The position numbers and the translations under genes were made by a program. A stretch of 64,000 nt of DNA from Auanema rhodensis. Its lineage: Eukaryota > Animalia > Nematoda. The stretch is taken from contig OZ059899.1 of the NCBI GenBank assembly GCA_964057225.1, forward strand, positions 19,220,001 to 19,284,000, read 5' to 3'. The notes beneath the pieces were generated by a model. The model saw only the letters and a list, made by a program, of their open reading frames with translations, searched no databases and had not been told where the DNA came from. This document shows positions 57,551-64,000 of the stretch, one piece after another (within the stretch, counting starts at the first letter, position 1; every line of letters starts with the position of its first letter).

Positions 57551-58599
57551 GCTTCACGTGAAAGATAAAGAGATGCGGTTTTTAAAATTAGATTCCCCAT
57601 GTCCATATTAGTCTAAAAACAATTTTTTACTGATATTGGTGCATGGTAACCATGATTTTGAAATTTACGTGAACTTTAATTTATGCTAATTAAACGTACA
57701 CGTGGTGTGCACTCGGTATGTAACTCGCTTCACGTGAAAGATAAAGAGATGCGGTTTCCAAAATTAGGTTCTCCATGTCCATATTAGTCTAAAAACAAAT
57801 TTTTATTGATATTGGTGCATGGTAACCATGACTTTGAAATTTACGTGAACTTTAATTTATGCTAATTAAACGTACACGTGGTGTGCACTCGGTATGTAAC
57901 TCGCTTCACGTGAAAGTTAAAGAGATGCGGTTTTCAAAATTAGATTCCCCATGTCCATATTAGTCTAAAAACAACTTTTTTTTGATATTGGTGCATGGTA
58001 ACCATGACTTTGAAATTTACGTGAACTTTAATTTATGCTAATTAAATGTACACGTGGTGTGCACTCGGTATGTAACTCGCTTCACGTGAAAGATAAAGAG
58101 ATGCGGTTTTCAAAATTAGATTCCCCATGTCCATATTAGTCTAAAAACAAATTTTTATTGATATTGGTGCATGGTAACCATGACTTTGAATTTTACGTGA
58201 ACTTTAATTTATGCTAATTAAACGTACACGTGGTGTGCACTCGGTATGTAACTCGCTTCACGTTAAAGATAAAGAGATGCGGTTTTCAAAATTAGATTCC
58301 CCATGTCCATATTAGTCTAAAAACAAATTTTTATTGATATTGGTGCATGGTAACCATGACTTTGAAATTTACGTGAACTTTAATTTATGCTACATAAATG
58401 TACACGTGATGTGCACTTGGTATGTAACTCGCTTCACGTGAAAGATAAAAAGATGCGGTTTTTAAAATTAGATTCCCCATGTCCATATCAGTCTAAAAAC
58501 AAATTTTTATTGATATTGGTGCATGGTAACCATGACTTTGAAATTTACGTGAACTTTAATTTATGCTAATTAAACGTACACGTGATGTGCACTCGGTAT

Positions 58600-61500
58600 G
58601 TAACTCGCTTCACGTGAAAGATAAAGAGATGCGGTTTTCAAAATTAGATTCCCCATGTCCATATTAGTCTAAAAACAAATTTTTATTGATATTGGTGCAT
58701 GGTAACCATGACTTTGAAATTTACGTGAACTTTAATTTATGCTAATTAAACGTACACGTGATGTGCACTTGGTATGTAACTCGCTTCACGTGAAAGATAA
58801 AGAGATGCGGTTTCTAAAATTAGATTCCCCATGTCCATATTAGTCTAAAAACAATTTTTTACTGATATTGGTGTATGGTAACCATGATTTTGAAATTTAC
58901 GTGAACTTTAATTTATGCTAATTAAATGTACACGTGGTGTGCACTCGGTATGTAACTCGCTTCACGTGAAAGATAAAGAGATGCGGTTTTCAAAATTAGA
59001 TTCCCCATGTCCATATTAGTCTAAAAACAACTTTTTTTTGATATTGGTGCATGGTAACCATGACTTTGAAATTTACGTGAACTTTAATTTATGCTAATTA
59101 AACGTACACGTGTTGTGCACTCGGTATGTAACTCGCTTCACGTGGAAGATAAAGAGATGCGGTTTTCAAAATTAGATTCCCCATGTCCATATTAGTCTAA
59201 AAACAAATTTTTATTGATATTGGTGCATGGTAACCATGACTTTGAAATTTACGTGAACTTTAATTTATGCTACATAAATGTACAGGTGATGTGCACTTGG
59301 TATGTAACTCGCTTCACGTGAAAGATAAAAAGATGCGGTTTTTAAAATTAGATTCCCCATGTCCATATTAGTCTAAAAACAAATTTTTATTGATATTGGT
59401 GCATGGTAACCATGACTTTGAAATTTACGTGAACTTTAATTTATGCTAATTAAACGTACACGTGATGTGCACTTGGTATGTAACTCGCTTCACGTGAAAG
59501 ATGAAGAGATGCGGTTTTTAAAATTAGATTCCCCATGTCCATATTAGTCTAAAAACAAATTTTTTTTGATATTGGTGCATGGTAACCATGACTTTGAAAT
59601 TCACGTGAACTTTAATTTATGCTAATTAAACGTACACGTGATGTGCACTTGGTATGTAACTCGCTTCACGTGAAAGATAAAGAGATGCGGTTTCTAAAAT
59701 TAGATTCCCCATGTCCATATTAGTCTAAAAACAATTTTTTACTGATATTGGTGTATGGTAACCATGATTTTGAAATTTACGTGAACTTTAATTTATGCTA
59801 ATTAAATGTACACGTGGTGTGCACTCGGTATGTAACTCGCTTCACGTGAAAGATAAAGAGATGCGGTTTTCAAAATTAGATTTCCCATGTCCATATTAGT
59901 CTAAAAACAAATTTTTATTCATATTGGTTCATGGTAACCATGACTTTGAAATTTACGTGAACTTTAATTTATGCTAATTAAACGTACACGTGTTGTGCAC
60001 TCGGTATGTAACTCGCTTCACGTGGAAGATAAAGAGATGCGGTTTTCAAAATTAGATTCCCCATGTCCATATTAGTCTAAAAACAATTTTTTACTGATAT
60101 TGGTGCATGGTAACCATGATTTTGAAATTTACGTGAACTTTAATTTATGCTAATTAAACGTACACGTGATGTGCACTTGGTATGTAACTCGCTTCACGTG
60201 AAAGATAAAGAGATGCGGTTTCTAAAATTAGATTCCCCATGTCCATATTAGTCTAAAAACAATTTTTTACTGATATTGGTGTATGGTAACCATGACTTTG
60301 AAATTTACGTGAACTTTAATTTATGCTAATTAAACGTACACGTGTTGTGCACTCGGTATGTAACTCGCTTCACGTGGAAGATAAAGAGATGCGGTTCTCA
60401 AAATTAGATTCCCCATGTCCATATTAGTCTAAAAACAAATTTTTATTGATATTGGTGCATGGTAACCATGACTTTGAAATTTACGTGAACTTTAATTTAT
60501 GCTACATAAATGTACACGTGATGTGCACTTGGTATGTAACTCGCTTCACGTGAAAGATAAAAAGATGCGGTTTTTAAAATTAGATTCCCCATGTCCATAT
60601 TAGTCTAAAAACAAATTTTTATTGATATTGGTGCATGGTAACCATGACTTTGAAATTTACGTGAACTTTAATTTATGCTAATTAAACGTACACGTGATGT
60701 GCACTTGGTATGTAACTCGCTTCACGTGAAAGATGAAGAGGTGCGGTTTTTAAAATTAGATTCCCCATGTCCATATTAGTCTAAAAACAAATTTTTTTTG
60801 ATATTGGTGCATGGTAACCATGACTTTGAAATTTACGTGAACTTTAATTTATGCTAATTAAACGTACACGTGATGTGCACTTGGTATGTAACTCGCTTCA
60901 CGTGAAAGATAAAGAGATGCGGTTTCTAAAATTAGATTCCCCATGTCCATATTAGTCTAAAAACAATTTTTTACTGATATTGGTGTATGGTAACCATGAC
61001 TTTGAAATTTACGTGAATTTTAATTTATGCTAATTAAACGTACACGTGTTGTGCACTCGGTATGTAACTCGCTTCACGTGGAAGATAAAGAGATGCGGTT
61101 TTCAAAATTAGATTCCCCATGTCCATATTAGTCTAAAAACAAATTTTTATTGATATTGGTGCATGGTAACCATGACTTTGAAATTTACGTGAACTTTAAT
61201 TTATGCTACATAAATGTACACGTGATGTGCACTTGGTATGTAACTCGCTTCACGTGAAAGATAAAAAGATGCGGTTTTTAAAATTAGATTCCCCATGTCC
61301 ATATTAGTCTAAAAACAAATTTTTATTGATATTGGTGCATGGTAACCATGACTTTGAAATTTACGTGAACTTTAATTTATGCTAATTAAACGTACACGTG
61401 ATGTGCACTTGGTATGTAACTCGCTTCACGTGAAAGATGAAGAGGTGCGGTTTTCAAAATTAGATTCCCCATGTCCATATTAGTCTAAAAACAAATTTTT

Positions 61501-61600
61501 TTTGATATTGGTGCATGGTAACCATGACTTTGAAATTTACGTGAACTTTAATTTATGCTAATTAAATGTACACGTGGTGTGCACTCGGTATGTAACTCGC
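58600..61600. repeat. Irregular short higher-order repeats (4-7 monomers)
   Basis: GATGAAG at 59503, 60735 and 61439 (7 and 4 monomers apart); GAGGTGCGG at 60741/61445 (704 = 4x176); GGTTTCTA plus GTGTATGG monomers start at 58784, 59664, 60192 and 60896. Confidence 0.75.
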
Positions 61601-62303
61601 TTCACGTGAAAGATAAAGAGATGCGGTTTTCAAAATTAGATTCCCCATGTCCATATTAGTCTAAAAACAAATTTTTATTGATATTGGTGCATGGTAACCA
61701 TGACTTTGAATTTTACGTGAACTTTAATTTATGCTAATTAAACGTACACGTGGTGTGCACTCGGTATGTAACTCGCTTCACGTGAGAGATAAAGAGATGC
61801 GGTTTTCAAAATTAGATTCCCCATGTCCATATTAGTCTAAAAACAATTTTTTATTGATATTGGTGCATGGTAACCATGACTTTGAAATTTACGTGAACTT
61901 TAATTTATGCTACATAAATGTACACGTGATATGCACTTGGTATGTAACTCGCTTCACGTGAAAGATAAAAAGATGCGGTTTCTAAAATTAGATTCCCCAT
62001 GTCCATATTAGTCTAAAAACAATTTTTTACTGATATTGGTGCATGGTAACCATGACTTTGAAATTTACGTGAACTTTAATTTATGCTAATTAAATGTACA
62101 CGTGGTGTGCACTCGGTATGTAACTCGCTTCACGTGAAAGATAAAGAGATGCGGTTTTCAAAATTAGATTCCCCATGTCCATATTAGTCTAAAAACAAAT
62201 GTTTATTGATATTGGTGCATGGTAACCATGACTTTGAAATTTACGTGAACTTTAATTTATGCTAATTAAATGTACACGTGGTGTGCACTCCGTATGTAAC
62301 TCG

Positions 62304-63359
62304 CTTCACGTGAAAGATAAAGAGATGCGGTTTTCAAAATTAGATTCCCCATGTCCATATTAGTCTAAAAACAAATTTTTATTGATATTGGTGTATGGTA
62401 ACCATGACTTTGAAATTTACGTGAACTTTAATTTATGCTAATTAAATGTACACGTGGTGTGCACTCGGTATGTAACTCGCTTCACGTGAAAGATAAAGAG
62501 ATGCGGTTTTCAAAATTAGATTCCCCATGTCCATATTAGTCTAAAAACAAATTTTTATTGATATTGGTGCATGGTAACCATGACTTTGAATTTTACGTGA
62601 ACTTTAATTTATGCTAATTAAACGTACACGTGGTGTGCACTCGGTATGTAACTCGCTTCACGTGAAAGATAAAGAGATGCGGTTTTCAAAATTAGATTCC
62701 CCATGTCCATATTAGTCTAAAAACAAATTTTTATTGATATTGGTGCATGGTAACCATGACTTTGAAATTTACGTGAACTTTAATTTATGCTACATAAATG
62801 TACACGTGATGTGCACTTGGTATGTAACTCGCTTCACGTGAAAGATAAAGAGATGCGGTTTTCAAAATTAGATTCCCCATGTCCATATTAGTCTAAAAAC
62901 AAATTTTTATTGATATTGGTGTATGGTAACCATGACTTTGAAATTTACGTGAACTTTAATTTATGCTAATTAAATGTACACGTGGTGTGCACTCGGTATG
63001 TAACTCGCTTCACGTGAAAGATAAAGAGATGCGGTTTTCAAAATTAGATTCCCCATGTCCATATTAGTCTAAAAACAAATTTTTATTGATATTGGTGCAT
63101 GGTAACCATGACTTTGAATTTTACGTGAACTTTAATTTATGCTAATTAAACGTACACGTGGTGTGCACTCGGTATGTAACTCGCTTCACGTGAAAAATAA
63201 AGAGATGCGGTTTTCAAAATTAGATTCCCCATGTCCATATTAGTCTAAAAACAAATTTTTATTGATATTGGTGCATGGTAACCATGACTTTGAAATTTAC
63301 GTGAACTTTAATTTATGCTACATAAATGTACACGTGATGTGCACTTGGTATGTAACTCG
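62304..63359. repeat. 3-monomer (528 bp) tandem duplication
   Basis: GTGTATGG at 62394 and 62922, each followed by a GAATTTT monomer and a TACATAAATG monomer. Confidence 0.75.
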
Positions 63360-64000
63360 CTTCACGTGAAAGATAAAAAGATGCGGTTTTTAAAATTAGA
63401 TTCCCCATGTCCATATTAGTCTAAAAACAAATTTTTATTGATATTGGTGCATGGTAACCATGACTTTGAAATTTACGTGAACTTTAATTTATGCTAATTA
63501 AACGTACACGTGATGTGCACTTGGTATGTAACTCGCTTCACGTGAAAGATGAAGAGATGCGGTTTTTAAAATTAGATTCCCCATGTCCATATTAGTCTAA
63601 AAACAAATTTTTATTGATATTGGTGCATGGTAACCATGATTTTGAAATTTACGTGAACTTTAATTTATGCTAATTGAATGTACACGTGGTGTGCACTCGG
63701 TATGTAACTCGCTTCACGTGAAAGATAAAGAGATGCAGTTATCAAAATTAGATTCCCCATGTCCATATTAGTCTAAAAACAAATTTTTATTGATATTGGT
63801 GCATGGTAACCATGACTTTGAAATTTACGTGAACTTTAATTTATGCTAATTAAACGTACACGTGTTGTGCACTCGGTATGTAACTCGCTTCACGTGGAAG
63901 ATAAAGAGATGCGGTTTTCAAAATTAGATTCCCCATGTCCATATTAGTCTAAAAACAATTTTTTACTGATATTGGTGCATGGTAACCATGATTTTGAAAT

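Larger units (their letters stand above)
1..64000. repeat. 176-bp tandem satellite DNA array (363 full monomers plus a partial one), head-to-tail in a single orientation; putative centromeric or pericentromeric satellite
   Basis: CTTCACGTG recurs at 1, 177, 353 and so on, and at every 2640 bp (15x176) checkpoint from 2641 to 26401, then shifted by -1 from 29040 to 63360. Monomers differ from consensus by only a few substitutions. The array runs off both window edges. Centromeric function is inferred from size and organisation only. Confidence 0.99.

Noticed and set aside
58387-58569. 60-aa ORF MLHKCTRDVHLVCNSLHVKDKKMRFLKLDSPCPYQSKNKFLLILVHGNHDFEIYVNFNLC
   Set aside because: It is one satellite period read through by chance: the TACAT variant removes a TAA and a singleton T>C at 58489 turns TAG into CAG. 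The other monomers I read retain a stop in this frame, 176 is not a multiple of 3, and I recognise no protein domain.
1-64000. CRISPR array or other repeat-spacer system
   Set aside because: There are no unique spacers; the entire 176 bp repeats at high identity, and no cas or other genes are present.
1-64000. Tandem RNA gene cluster (5S rRNA, tRNA, snRNA, spliced leader)
   Set aside because: No recognisable 5S, tRNA cloverleaf, Pol III A/B box or snRNA sequence in the monomer. Not tested with Infernal/Rfam.
1-64000. Embedded transposon, inversion or unique-sequence island
   Set aside because: Monomer phase and orientation are continuous at all checkpoints, leaving no room for an insertion, and no reverse-complement monomers were seen.
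1-64000. Monomer variant order acting as an information-bearing code
   Set aside because: The order is explained by nested tandem duplication, whole-monomer loss and chimera formation; nothing in the sequence requires a coding interpretation.

Overview
The whole 64 kb window is one uninterrupted head-to-tail tandem satellite array: 363 complete copies plus a 113-bp partial copy of a 176-bp, ~34% GC monomer. Consensus, phased from position 1: CTTCACGTGAAAGATAAAGAGATGCGGTTTTCAAAATTAGATTCCCCATGTCCATATTAGTCTAAAAACAAATTTTTATTGATATTGGTGCATGGTAACCATGACTTTGAAATTTACGTGAACTTTAATTTATGCTAATTAAACGTACACGTGGTGTGCACTCGGTATGTAACTCG. I see no genes, RNA genes, transposons, inversions or CRISPR. Monomer length, homogeneity and higher-order organisation fit a eukaryotic centromeric or pericentromeric satellite; I cannot name the family or organism. 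Between monomers, the variant pattern shows nested higher-order repeats (about 12-mer inside 22-24-mer inside a 62-65-mer tandem duplication, plus 25/22-mer, 8-, 7-, 6-, 4- and 3-mer units), two alternating variant domains (A-B-A-B) with the same marker cassette at both A-to-B junctions, and only one net indel in 64 kb. Within the monomer there are three ACGTG/E-box cores 33 and 32 bp apart, two long imperfect hairpins, and a common three-base variant that swaps one hairpin for another. All variant tracking was done by eye, so block boundaries are accurate to about one monomer.
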